Shown: positions 37,783-47,865 of the stretch, piece after piece | How positions within the stretch are numbered: position 1 is the first letter of the stretch | Layout of the letters: every line of letters begins with the position of its first letter | Origin: Acidimicrobiia bacterium | GTDB taxonomy: Bacteria > Actinomycetota > Acidimicrobiia > Spongiisociales > Spongiisociaceae | NCBI GenBank assembly: GCA_965231815.1 | Contig: OZ246890.1 | Span: 1,799,469-1,863,468 of the forward strand | DNA length: 64,000 nucleotides | Reading direction: 5' to 3' | The notes under the pieces: generated by a model | What the model was told of the DNA's origin: nothing | What the model saw: only the letters and a program-made list of their open reading frames with translations | Database searches by the model: none | Translations under genes and position numbers: made by a program

Positions 37783-39117
37783 TCAGTACTCCTCGCCGCG
37801 AATGCATGTGTGTCCGAACTGGTGCGTGCTTGCCAGCACGACCGCTAGCGGGGCTTCGAAGGCCCCCGCAGGATCGTTCTCGATCTGGATCAGGCGTTCT
37901 CCGCCGATAACTCGCTCCACGGACTCGAAAAGGACAGTCTCCTCGTAGTTCCCGGTGCTAACTATGGCATCCGCTTCCGGTACGAAGTGGACGAAGCCCG
38001 ACTCTCCCGGATTGGCGGCCATCTCCATCGACAGCATCGTTGTCGCTACTCCGCGTCGTTCTAGATTCCGGCAAACCATCATGGCATCGACCGCCGGATG
38101 TCCTCCCCCGGCGTAGTTGATCAGCGCCCCTTCCGCTCCCATCATTATCGCCAGGTTGGAGGCATGGTTGGCAAGTCGTTCCTTGGCGGCCCGCGTGTCG
38201 CCGTTGGTGAACAGCACCACTCCCCGGAATTCGATGTCCTTACCGTGACGAGCGTACAGATCCTCGATGATGGCGTGGTTCTGCACCGTATAGGTCAGTT
38301 CCCTCATGCAGGCGATAGCGTTCCAGCCGCACACCAGCGCCCCGTCGAGCAACTCGTTCGGATGGATCGGTGTGGGGAGATGTGCGCTGCCACCGATTGC
38401 GCCGGCGCCGGGGGCGATCTCGCCATGCAGAAAGGGGATGGCAAGTTGGTAAAGGTAGACGACTGCAGGCAGGTCTCGCACCCCTGAAGGAGCCAGATCG
38501 AAGGTGTCTACCCGGTCGGGTGTCTGACCGAGGGTGGCGGACGCCAAGTGCCTGGCGGCCTTTAGGCCGGCCAACCTGACCGCCCGATTGTATTCCACCG
38601 CCTCCGGAGTTCCCTCGAAGATGTTGTCAGGCCGGTCGCCGCTCTCGAGAAGGGAGCGGGTCGGTTCGCACGACACCACCACGTTGATGAGTTCGGAGAA
38701 GGGAGAGTACCTGGCGGTGGGGCCCGCCATGTCGAAGATCGCCTCTCGCCAGTAGCGGGGCTCTCCCGGCACCGGACGCGCCGTCTCGACGACCGATACC
38801 CCCTTGAGAGCATAGGTGGCGCCGGACCCGACCGGTCGGGGGCCGGTAAGGAGGCCCGAGAAGTCGGCGCCTTCCGGATCCACCTTGATCCGCGGCTCGA
38901 CCGCGTCGATGGCGTTTATGACCCTTACCGGGTCTCCCGGTCTGACGATACTTACCGATACAGAAGCAAAGTTGGGGTCGTCGGCCAGTATTTCCTCAAG
39001 TGCGTCTATGTCGATGGTGAGCACCCCGCCGGCCAACTCCGTGTGGGAGCCTTCCCTGACCTCGGTGACCTGGAAGGAGCCGATATCCAGTACCTGGCGG
39101 AGCGGGCCCGAGTTCAC
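37783..39117 (-). CDS. grdE: Glycine reductase proprotein GrdE-like (PrdA/GrdE family)
   Basis: DGALVCGWNAIACMRELTYTVQNHAIIEDLYARHGKDIE follows the proprotein family pattern. Confidence 0.75.
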   Translation of the reverse strand: MNSGPLRQVLDIGSFQVTEVREGSHTELAGGVLTIDIDALEEILADDPNFASVSVSIVRPGDPVRVINAIDAVEPRIKVDPEGADFSGLLTGPRPVGSGATYALKGVSVVETARPVPGEPRYWREAIFDMAGPTARYSPFSELINVVVSCEPTRSLLESGDRPDNIFEGTPEAVEYNRAVRLAGLKAARHLASATLGQTPDRVDTFDLAPSGVRDLPAVVYLYQLAIPFLHGEIAPGAGAIGGSAHLPTPIHPNELLDGALVCGWNAIACMRELTYTVQNHAIIEDLYARHGKDIEFRGVVLFTNGDTRAAKERLANHASNLAIMMGAEGALINYAGGGHPAVDAMMVCRNLERRGVATTMLSMEMAANPGESGFVHFVPEADAIVSTGNYEETVLFESVERVIGGERLIQIENDPAGAFEAPLAVVLASTHQFGHTCIRGEEY

Positions 39118-39175
39118 CGTGACGATCCCTTCACGACCAGGCGGTGGTCGGGACGTTCCGTGTAGACGACGCGCC

Positions 39176-40165
39176 TCATATAACCTGTGGCAGTCCGAGC
39201 ATCCGGCGTGCCTGAGCGGGGGTGGCGATCTCGCGGTTCATCTCTTCGGCGACGCGACGTATCCGGCTCACCAACTGCCCGTTGCCGCTGGCCTTTTCTC
39301 CCCGCCGGAAGTAGATGTTGTCTTCCAGTCCTACCCGCACATGGCCGCCGAGGAGGATTCCCAGGACGTTCATCGGGATCTGAAAGGGTCCGGTCCCGAT
39401 GACCGAGAAAAGGGCGCCGGACGGCAACTCGTTGATGAGCGACATGAGGTTGGCAGGGGTCGGGAAGGACGCCGTCTGCGCGCCGAGGACGAACTGGACC
39501 ATGTATGGAGGGGTGACATTCTCGTTGTATATGAGGTCTCGAAGTACCCAGTACTGGCCCGGGTCGTAGATCTCGAGTTCAGGCTTCATACCCCGTTCCA
39601 CGATTATGGACGCGTAGTGGTTGATCTCGCCGTAGGTTGTCCCGCTGCACATGTCGTATTCGATCGGCCCGCGGGGGTGCGGTAGGTGGGCGGGACGCTC
39701 CGGCATGGTGAAACTTGACACGAATGGACCGAGGTTGAGAGTCGCCACGTCGGGCGCCGGGTCGGAGAACAACGGGGAGTAGCGTTCTTCGGTGGTCAGA
39801 GTCGGACCACCACCGGTGCTGTTGTTGATTATCACGTCGGGGCACTGCTCGCGGATCATCCGGTTCACGCGCCCGTAGTCCTCCGGGTTCCCGCTGCACT
39901 GGCTCCAGTCCTGCGGGTCCCTGACGTGCACATGGATCTGTGAAGCTCCTGCTTCGTATGCCTGGCGCGCTTCCTCGGCTTGCTCCTCGGGTGTCTCCGG
40001 TAGGGCGGGATTCGACTCCTTGCCGTGGCCGCCTCCGCTTATGGCAGCGGTGATGATCAAGGGCGGAAACGCGCTACGGGCTGTTTTCCGCATCCAGAGA
40101 TACGGGTCACGAAAGTCCCAGGTTGCTTCGATTTCACCCATGTTGTCCCTTTTCGCGCCAATCAA
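39176..40165 (-). CDS. 3-keto-5-aminohexanoate cleavage enzyme family (BKACE/DUF849)
   Basis: PLIITAAISGG ... IHVHVRDP ... GLEDN TIM-barrel signature; start may be the internal Met at 40141. Confidence 0.7.
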   Translation of the reverse strand: MIGAKRDNMGEIEATWDFRDPYLWMRKTARSAFPPLIITAAISGGGHGKESNPALPETPEEQAEEARQAYEAGASQIHVHVRDPQDWSQCSGNPEDYGRVNRMIREQCPDVIINNSTGGGPTLTTEERYSPLFSDPAPDVATLNLGPFVSSFTMPERPAHLPHPRGPIEYDMCSGTTYGEINHYASIIVERGMKPELEIYDPGQYWVLRDLIYNENVTPPYMVQFVLGAQTASFPTPANLMSLINELPSGALFSVIGTGPFQIPMNVLGILLGGHVRVGLEDNIYFRRGEKASGNGQLVSRIRRVAEEMNREIATPAQARRMLGLPQVI

Positions 40166-40261
40166 CCGTCCGACCGGCTCCGTACGGTTTCGAGGAGTCG
40201 CCGACCGATCCGGTACATAACCTACCCTATTTCTTAGACCTTACCTGTCACGACGGGCTGG

Positions 40262-40621
40262 CTAGGAGGCGAGTGGTTCCAGCTTGGACAGCAGGTCCGA
40301 GACGTGCGCCAGGTAGTCCTCGACGGTTTCGCCGGGCAGCCAGCCTTCATAGAGGTTGGTGTGTAGGGCGCCTGCCAGGCCGAACGCGGTCCGAATGTCC
40401 CGGTCTCCGGTCTCGTCCGCTAGGCGGTTGACCACGCGCCATAGCTGGTGATGTCCACCGTGGGGCCATCCTCGGGCCTCGGCGATGCTCTTGACCATCT
40501 GAGCAGCGGCGCCCTAGCCCTTCTCGGAGGCTTGCAGCAGGTCGCCCTCGGCTAGGTAGGTCCGGGCTCTGGCCAGAAACTCCCGTCCGGTAGTGTTGTA
40601 GTATCTTGTCTTAGTAGTCAT
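40262..40621 (-). pseudogene. HEPN-like small protein disrupted by an in-frame TAG (probable TGG to TAG nonsense mutation)
   Basis: Minus-strand reading MTTKTRYYNTTGREFLARARTYLAEGDLLQASEKG-TAG-GAAAQMVKSIAEARGWPHGGHH; both halves in one frame separated only by the stop at 40514-40516. Confidence 0.45.
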
Positions 40622-41063
40622 GGGGATATCATATCGTAATTGTGGGTAAATGAAGCAGCCGGGCGACGGTGTTTCTCAACAGGTCGGCCGTCTCGTCTTC
40701 AGCCACGACCAGCGCGCCATAGCGCTCCATGTCGAGCCGGTTGGGCGCGTGGTGAGGGAACCGGGAACCGCATGTCGGTGTTGATGATGGGGGTCATTCC
40801 GGTGAAGAAGTGAACCGGGATGTCGAGTTTCCAAGGCCTTCTCGTAGATAGGATCGAGTCTACGGTCACTCTTGTGGTGCTCGCCGCGGCAGTCATCGAC
40901 CCGGAGCGCACCCGCCGCTGATCACGGGAACCAGTCGCATGGCGACCGTCCGGCGATTCGAGACCGGGCCGCACCTCGGTTGCGACTACCCTCCATACTT
41001 CGAGAAAATATGCGGACCCCCGTTGTGCTGCGGGTCCGGTCAGCCTGGAGACTGCAAGAGTTT

Positions 41064-42488
41064 ATGCGGGAACCCGCCATCCTCAATAGCGCCTACGCGC
41101 TGGCCCACGCTCCCGAACTGGTGCGTTATGGATCGAAACCCGTTCGCGAGATCCGTCGTGATCCGTCTCTCCTGCCGTCGATGACCGAGGGGCTGCGGCC
41201 CTGGAATGAGGTGATCGGGTATCCACCCAACCAGGTTTTCATCGGCAATCTGCAACCTCGCGACCTTGTTTCGATCCCTCGACCCTGGTACAGGAACCGG
41301 GTCGAGCATGCCGTCCCTTCCGGGCCTTTCGGGCGGATGATCACCCAAGCCGCGCTCTACGGGCTCATGAAGTTGTGTGATGACTTCGATCTGTTGACTA
41401 TCGACGAGAAGCTTGCCGAACAGGCCAGGCTGGAACTCATCGAGTTCGATCACCGTAGGGACCGGATCGTCGGCGCCGATCCGGCCGAGTTGAAGGAACT
41501 CCTCGACGGGGGTAGCGGTCTTCCGCTCTACCACGGCACTCGCGTCGCGGGTTTCATTCGTACGGCCCATGAACAGGACGCCTCGCTGGCGGCATCGGTC
41601 TTGCTCGAGAACCTGGCGTGCAAGGCGACCGCGGTCCTAGCGGTTTCCGATCTTCTGAGGTACGGCAGCCTTGCGCCCTCTCGGGTCGATTACCTGTTCA
41701 ACAGCGGTGAGGAGGCGGTCGGAGACCGCTACCAGCGGGGGGGCGGGAGCCTCTCGAAGGCGATCGGCGAAGTGGTGGGATGCGTGAACGCCACCGGGTC
41801 CGACCTCAAGGCGTTCTGTGCCGCTCCCGTCCACGCCCTTATCGCGAGCGGGGCGATGGTTGCCGCGGGACTCTACGATCACGTCGTGGTCCTCGGCGGC
41901 GGCTCGCTGGCCAAACTAGGTATGAAGTTCGCAGCCCACCTTCGCAACGGGGTACCGGTCATGGAGGACTGTCTGGCTTCCATGGCTTTCCTGGTAGGAC
42001 TCGCCGACGGAGACGCAATGCGGTTGCGGCTCGACCTGACGGGCAAGCATCCGATCGGCGCCGGGTCGTCCCCCCGCGCGGTATACGAGGCGTTGGTGAT
42101 CGAACCGTTGGCCAGGGTCGGTCTTGGCATCACCGACGTCGACAGGTACGCGGTGGAGATGCATAACCCGGAGATCACCGAACCGGGAGGGAGCGGCGAC
42201 GTTCCCAGAACCAACTACCGTACTCTCGGAGCGATGGCGGTGCTGCAGGGAGAGATCGGGAGAAGCGACATCAATCGTTTCGTGGCTGAACACGGAATGC
42301 CGGGCTTCGCTCCCACACAAGGCCACATTCCCGCCGGAGTACCCTATCTGGGCCATGCTCAGCAGGCTATGGATCGGCAGGAACTGGACAGGGCGATGAT
42401 CGTCGCCAAGGGAAGCCTGTTCCTGGGACGGATGACGCAGTTGGTGGACGGGGTCTCTTTCGTGGTTGAAAAGGAACGCCGTCCGTGA
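41064..42488 (+). CDS. GrdC-like protein (glycine reductase protein C component, PlsX/FA_synthesis fold), tentative
   Basis: ~475 aa, HVVVLGGGSLAKLGMKF pattern; sits directly upstream of grdA; start uncertain (ORF begins at 40872). Confidence 0.45.
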   Translation: MREPAILNSAYALAHAPELVRYGSKPVREIRRDPSLLPSMTEGLRPWNEVIGYPPNQVFIGNLQPRDLVSIPRPWYRNRVEHAVPSGPFGRMITQAALYGLMKLCDDFDLLTIDEKLAEQARLELIEFDHRRDRIVGADPAELKELLDGGSGLPLYHGTRVAGFIRTAHEQDASLAASVLLENLACKATAVLAVSDLLRYGSLAPSRVDYLFNSGEEAVGDRYQRGGGSLSKAIGEVVGCVNATGSDLKAFCAAPVHALIASGAMVAAGLYDHVVVLGGGSLAKLGMKFAAHLRNGVPVMEDCLASMAFLVGLADGDAMRLRLDLTGKHPIGAGSSPRAVYEALVIEPLARVGLGITDVDRYAVEMHNPEITEPGGSGDVPRTNYRTLGAMAVLQGEIGRSDINRFVAEHGMPGFAPTQGHIPAGVPYLGHAQQAMDRQELDRAMIVAKGSLFLGRMTQLVDGVSFVVEKERRP

Positions 42489-42526
42489 AGGCCGTAACGA
42501 CCGATGAGATGAAAGGAGTCCGACAC

Positions 42527-42979
42527 ATGGACTTGAAGGGCAAGAGCGTGGTGGCGATCGGTGAGCGGGAGGGGGTCAACGGACCCAGCCTCAAGCTGCT
42601 GGCCGAATCCGCCGGCGCCGATGTGGTGTTCAGCGTTACCCAGTGCTTCGTCTGAACGGCGGGGGGCGCCATGGACCTGGAGGATCAGGCGAACGTCAAC
42701 CGCCTGGCCGAGACCTCCGTCGGTGACGAGATGGTCGTGTTGCTCGGGCAACCGGACGCCAACAGCGCCGGTCTCTTCGCAGAGACGGTAACGAGTGGCG
42801 ATCCGACCTGGGCTGGTCCTTTGGCCGGAGTCCCGTTGGGACTTCCTGTTTATCACATACTGGAGCCGGAGATCAAAGAACAGATCGATGAAGAACTCTA
42901 TGACGAGCACGTTGGCCTGATGGAGTTGTCGGCCGATGTGGATGAGATAATCCACTGGGTGGCGATCTGCAGAGATTGA
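42527..42979 (+). CDS. grdA: Glycine reductase complex selenoprotein A, in-frame UGA (Sec) at 42653-42655
   Basis: SD AAAGGAG 8 nt upstream of the ATG; MDLKGKSVVAIGEREGVNGPS ... VVFSVTQCFV-U-TAGGAMDLEDQ ... GDPTWAGPLAGVPLGLPVYHILEPE. Confidence 0.85.
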
Positions 42980-43130
42980 GACCGTACTTCCTTCGATGCT
43001 CCGGCCCGCCTGCCCCGGCGTAGGCAGGGCAGCAGGCTAAGTGCCTTACCCGGCCCCGGGTTCCGGTGCCCGAACGTGTGCGGGACCCGCGGAGGATGAT
43101 CGAAGCTGTATTACCTGGTCAGGACGTGAC

Positions 43131-43246
43131 TAGGAGGTGCTGAGAAACCCCGTACAAAGGGGTTCAGCCGCTAACCCACAACTCCATGACCAGGCGGTTT
43201 GCCGACCACCGAACCCCGTGAGATTCGTTTTTGAGCACCCTCCCAG
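43131..43246 (+). repeat. Interspersed repeat family A copy A4
   Basis: Near-identical to A3; preceded at ~43105-43125 by an inverted fragment of the family B core. Confidence 0.75.
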
Positions 43247-43625
43247 TGTCCCGAGTCGGAAGTTCCGTGCACATCGCGAGTAACCACCCGGCCTGCTTCC
43301 GGCACAGACCCGGGTTAAGATCGCGAAAACCGAACTACCCGGATGGGACCCCTCTCAGTGGGACCCACCCCCGGCCGCCGCCTCCTCAGCGTCGAAACGC
43401 GTCCCGCTAACCCCTCGCCTTGCCAAACAGAGGCAAGGCAGAAGAAAACAAGCAAGATGATCCCAACCCCGGTCCGGTCGGTACCTGACCCAACCGTCGG
43501 TGCTTTACGGTTACCCACCAGTATGCAGACCGGGTATGACAGATTTCCCCGGCCGTCGGGTTACGCCCGTCGGAAAGATTTCGCGGTCTCCCGAACACAA
43601 GCGAAACAACGATTCACGACACTAG

Positions 43626-43832
43626 GCCCGATTATTCATGGATGGAGGTTTGGAGGATGAGTGGAGTAGACCATATTCGCGCCCTGACCAGGCAATACAG
43701 CTATCGGCGTTTCCCATCCCGGTCCTATTTAGAGATTCACCTATCGGGTGAACGGTGGGTAGCCCCCCAAAACTCGGGTGGAACTGGCGTAACATGCCTC
43801 GGTGTGTGGGAAACCTGAATAATCAGGGCTAG
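43626..43832 (+). repeat. Interspersed repeat family B copy B2
   Basis: Full-length B copy just downstream of the polyprenyl synthase gene. Confidence 0.7.
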
Positions 43833-43887
43833 GCCGCTTTGCCATTCATCGGCATAACCCCTGCCCCATGAAGGATCGGGGCCTGCC

Positions 43888-44883
43888 TCATCCGCTCGCC
43901 TGGTGGACCCGGTCGACCAGATAGGCGCCCATAGTCCGCAGCACGGAACGGGCGGTGACGTCAGGTAGGGAATCGATTGCTTCCGAGGCGGTATCGAGGC
44001 GCCGAACACACTGCTCCAGCACCCTGTCGATGTAACCACCCTCCCGGACCAGACCGATTACTTCTTCGACTGCACGATCCGAGTACGGCACGCCTTCCTC
44101 TAGGAGCTCGCGGACTCGGGCCCCGGTCGGACCTTCCAAGGCATAGAGAACCGGAAGGGTGTAGACCCCTTGACGAATGTCGCTTCCGGCGGGTTTGCCG
44201 ATTTGTTCATCGGTGGCTACCAGGTCGAGCGCATCGTCGGTTATCTGGAAGACCATTCCCAATTCCCAGGTGGCGGTTGATAGGGCCTCCACGAACTCCC
44301 GTGGAGCGTCGGCGGCGATCGCTCCCATCCGCGCGGCGGTCCTGATCAGGCTCGCGGTCTTGCCCTCCATGATCCGGTAGTGCTCGGCAGGGCCGTGTGC
44401 CAGGTCTCCGGTCAGGTGCAGCTCGAGTGCTTGTCCCTCCACTAGTTCCGTGTAGGTCCGCGCCAATAGCGCGACCGTCTCCAGGCCCAGGGTATCCGCT
44501 GCGAGCTCGGAGGCCTTGGCGATGAGGAAGTCTCCGGCCAGGATGGCCTGGGAGTTCTTCCATCTAACGTTCACCGAGAGGGTTCCCCGCCGGGTCTCAG
44601 CCTCGTCTATCACGTCATCGTGGTACAGCGATCCGACATGGATGAGTTCAACCGCCGCTCCGGCATCGACCAAGCGGTGGTCGTGGGAGGGTCCGAATTC
44701 CCCTGCGAGTTGGGTAAGGATAGGTCGAAAGCGTTTCCCGCCCGCCACCAGCAAGTGTTGGGTGATCTCGGTCAGGTAGGGATCGCCGGCGGCCGACACC
44801 TCTAGGAGGCGTTCCTCGACCAGTCCGATTCGATCCCACACCTCGGGTAGGTCGATAAGGTCCGGGAGAGTCAGGGTGGCCAT
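43888..44883 (-). CDS. Polyprenyl (geranylgeranyl/farnesyl) diphosphate synthase
   Basis: First Asp-rich motif LYHDDVID and second QITDDALD; start at MATLTLPDL; the listed ORF extension to 45189 runs into repeat B3. Confidence 0.8.
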   Translation of the reverse strand: MATLTLPDLIDLPEVWDRIGLVEERLLEVSAAGDPYLTEITQHLLVAGGKRFRPILTQLAGEFGPSHDHRLVDAGAAVELIHVGSLYHDDVIDEAETRRGTLSVNVRWKNSQAILAGDFLIAKASELAADTLGLETVALLARTYTELVEGQALELHLTGDLAHGPAEHYRIMEGKTASLIRTAARMGAIAADAPREFVEALSTATWELGMVFQITDDALDLVATDEQIGKPAGSDIRQGVYTLPVLYALEGPTGARVRELLEEGVPYSDRAVEEVIGLVREGGYIDRVLEQCVRRLDTASEAIDSLPDVTARSVLRTMGAYLVDRVHQASG

Positions 44884-44974
44884 TTCGTTTGCTCCGCCTC
44901 GGGAAAAGGTCTTCCCTATGCTAAAGACATGTGCATTGATCGCCACCATCGTCGGGTCGATCCACTTTGGCGTA

Positions 44975-45184
44975 ACCCCTATTTTTGATGGATGGGGGTT
45001 TGGGTATGGGTGGAGGAAGCCACAATAGCGTCCTGACCAGGCAATACACCTATCGGCGTTTCCCGTCCCGGTCCGGTGTGGAGATGCACCCGCCGGGTGA
45101 AACCGGTCGGTTCCTACTAAATAATCAGGTTGAACCGGCGATACATGCCGCGGTGTGTGGGAAACCCGAACGATCAGGGTTAAA
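44975..45184 (+). repeat. Interspersed repeat family B copy B3
   Basis: Full-length B copy between the polyprenyl synthase start and clpC. Confidence 0.7.
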
Positions 45185-45262
45185 GTCACTAATAGGAATC
45201 AGGAGGGCTTAAGCTTGTATCCTCGGAGGGGTAGAGTCATGGGTCCGGGGAGGTGTTAGGTA

Positions 45263-47752
45263 ATGTTTGAGCGTTTCACCGACCGGGCGCGCCGAGTGGT
45301 TGTCCTAGCCCAGGAAGAAGCCCGGTTGCTCAACCACAACTACATCGGCACCGAGCACATTCTCCTCGGGCTGATACATGAAGGTGAGGGCGTGGCGGCA
45401 CGGAGCCTTCAGAGTTTGGGCATCCGGCTGGACTCGGTACGTAGCCAGGTTGTGGAGACCATCGGACAGGGCCACCAATCTCCATCCGGACATATACCGT
45501 TCACACCTAGGGCCAAGAAAGTTCTCGAACTGAGCCTGCGTGAGGCTCTGCAGCTGGGACATAACTACATCGGCACCGAACACATCCTGCTGGGTTTGAT
45601 CCGGGAAGGTGACGGGGTAGCGGCACAGGTATTGGAGAAGCTGGGCGCCGATCTCCCCAAGGTTCGCCAGACGGTCATCCAGTTGCTATCGGGAGGGTCA
45701 TCCGACGAACCCACCCCGGCCGGCACGGCGCCCTCCACGAGAGGCTCCGCGGTATCCGGATCCACGGTTCTCGATCAGTTCGGTAGGAACCTCACCCAGT
45801 TGGCCGGGGAGCATGAACTCGACCCGGTGATCGGCCGGCACACGGAAATCCGACGTGTCATGCAGATACTCTCCCGGCGATCCAAGAACAACCCGGTCCT
45901 GATCGGCGAACCAGGTGTCGGCAAGACCGCCATCGTTGAGGGATTGGCCCAGCAGATCGTAGGGGGAGAGGTTCCGGACACCCTCACCTCAAAGCAGATA
46001 TACACCCTTGACCTAGGGGCTCTGGTCGCAGGCTCCCGCTATCGGGGTGACTTCGAGGAACGGCTCAAGAAAGTTCTCAAAGAGATAAACAGCCGAGGGG
46101 ATGTCATCCTGTTCATAGATGAGATCCATACCCTGGTGGGGGCCGGCGCCGCCGAAGGGGCTATCGACGCCGCCAGCATCCTCAAACCCATGCTGGCGCG
46201 AGGAGAACTACAAACGGTGGGCGCCACCACCCTCGAGGAGTACCGCAAGTACCTGGAGAAGGACTCGGCTCTCGAACGCCGCTTCCAACCCATTCACGTA
46301 GAGGAACCCACCGTGGCCGAAACAGTCCTGATACTGCATGGCCTGAAGGATCGTTACGAGGTCCATCATTCGGTCCGCTTCACAGATGACGCCATCAAGA
46401 TGGCCGCCAGCCTCGCCGATCGATATATATCCGACCGGTTCCTCCCCGACAAGGCGATCGACCTGATAGACGAAGCGGGTAGCAGGAATCGTATCTTCCG
46501 GCGGAGTTCAAGCCCGCAGCTCAAGCAGATCGACGACCAGCTGAGCGCAGTTCGTAACGACAAACTCAAAGCGGTCTCCGCCCAGCAGTTCGAGCAGGCG
46601 GCCAAGCTGCGAGATCAGGAGCGGGCGTTGCTCTCCGACCGGGTCCGTCGGAGCTCCGAGCTGGGAATCAGCACCAAGACCGACGACTGGGTGATCGACG
46701 AGGACGAGATCGCCGATGTTCTCGCCCAATGGACCGGGATACCGGTTCAACGCCTGACCGAGGAGGAGACTGCCCGTCTGGTCCATATGGAAGAGGAAAT
46801 GCACAAGCGGATCATCGGTCAACATGACGGGATTTCGGCGGTTAGCAGGGCGATCCGACGGACCCGGGCGGGCCTCAAGGATCCCAAGCGGCCCAGCGGT
46901 TCCTTCATTTTCCTCGGTCCCTCCGGGGTAGGTAAGACGGAGACGGCCAAGGCCTTGGCCGAGTTCCTATTCGGTGACGAGGACTCTCTAGTGCAGCTCG
47001 ACATGTCCGAATACATGGAGAAGCACACGGTGAGCCGACTGGTGGGGTCCCCCCCCGGCTACGTGGGGTATGACGAGGGCGGCCAACTAACCGAAGCTGT
47101 ACGCCGCAAGCCCTTCTCGGTCGTGCTCTTCGACGAGATCGAGAAGGCACACCCCGACGTTTTCAATACTCTGTTGCAGATTCTCGAGGACGGACGCCTC
47201 ACCGACGCGCAGGGAAGGACCGTGGATTTCAAGAACACGGTGATCATCATGACCTCGAACCTGGGTTCTCAGTCGCTTCGCAAGCGCGCGGTCGGTTTCC
47301 AGCATGAGAACGACGAGGTCGGTTACGAAAAGATGAAACAGAAGCTGACCGACGACTTGAAGCGCCATTTCCGCCCTGAGTTTCTCAACCGGATTGATGA
47401 AGTGATCGTTTTCCACCGGCTGACCGAGGATGAGGTCAAGCAGATCGTCGATCTGCTCCTGGTTCGGGACAGGGAGCAGTTAGCTACCCAAGCTCTCGAC
47501 TTGGTACTGAGCGACGCCGCCAAGAAGTTCCTGGTACGGAAGGGATACGATCGGGAACTGGGCGCCCGGCCCCTGAGACGCGCTATCCAGCGCTACCTGG
47601 AGGATCCTCTGGCCGAACAGGTGTTGTTGGGCGATTACCCGTCCGGCACCACCATCGTGGTTGATGCTAATCCGGAAGGCGAGAGCCTTATCTTCGAGAT
47701 GGTGGACACCCCGGACACGCCGCCGGTCGATCTGGTCGAATCCGAGTCATAG
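45263..47752 (+). CDS. clpC: ATP-dependent Clp protease ATP-binding subunit ClpC
   Basis: Duplicated Clp-N repeats, two AAA modules ([30 protein letters not shown]), UVR-like linker. Confidence 0.95.
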   Translation: MFERFTDRARRVVVLAQEEARLLNHNYIGTEHILLGLIHEGEGVAARSLQSLGIRLDSVRSQVVETIGQGHQSPSGHIPFTPRAKKVLELSLREALQLGHNYIGTEHILLGLIREGDGVAAQVLEKLGADLPKVRQTVIQLLSGGSSDEPTPAGTAPSTRGSAVSGSTVLDQFGRNLTQLAGEHELDPVIGRHTEIRRVMQILSRRSKNNPVLIGEPGVGKTAIVEGLAQQIVGGEVPDTLTSKQIYTLDLGALVAGSRYRGDFEERLKKVLKEINSRGDVILFIDEIHTLVGAGAAEGAIDAASILKPMLARGELQTVGATTLEEYRKYLEKDSALERRFQPIHVEEPTVAETVLILHGLKDRYEVHHSVRFTDDAIKMAASLADRYISDRFLPDKAIDLIDEAGSRNRIFRRSSSPQLKQIDDQLSAVRNDKLKAVSAQQFEQAAKLRDQERALLSDRVRRSSELGISTKTDDWVIDEDEIADVLAQWTGIPVQRLTEEETARLVHMEEEMHKRIIGQHDGISAVSRAIRRTRAGLKDPKRPSGSFIFLGPSGVGKTETAKALAEFLFGDEDSLVQLDMSEYMEKHTVSRLVGSPPGYVGYDEGGQLTEAVRRKPFSVVLFDEIEKAHPDVFNTLLQILEDGRLTDAQGRTVDFKNTVIIMTSNLGSQSLRKRAVGFQHENDEVGYEKMKQKLTDDLKRHFRPEFLNRIDEVIVFHRLTEDEVKQIVDLLLVRDREQLATQALDLVLSDAAKKFLVRKGYDRELGARPLRRAIQRYLEDPLAEQVLLGDYPSGTTIVVDANPEGESLIFEMVDTPDTPPVDLVESES

Positions 47753-47865
47753 ACGTTCCGCATTGCGATTTACCGGCCCGCTCGCTTCTGCCCTGGTTCA
47801 GAACGCGGTAGACTGACCGGCACCTAGTATCCCTGTGGCGGGGTTCGATGAGGAGGAAGGGCACC

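Noticed and set aside
42671-42979. Stand-alone 102-aa ORF
   Set aside because: It is the part of grdA downstream of the in-frame UGA. The true start is ATG 42527.
2771-45184. Cis-regulatory RNA (T-box or riboswitch-like leader) hypothesis for repeat families A and B
   Set aside because: Orientation relative to the adjacent genes is inconsistent: A1 is antisense in the ilv-leu transcript while A3 is sense before panC, and B4 is inverted. They sit downstream as well as upstream of genes. A mobile or recombinational repeat is more parsimonious.
43888-45189. 433-aa version of the polyprenyl synthase ORF
   Set aside because: The N-terminal 102 codons run through repeat B3 and unrelated sequence. 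Conserved polyprenyl synthase sequence begins at MATLTLPDL (44883), which has a GGAG upstream.
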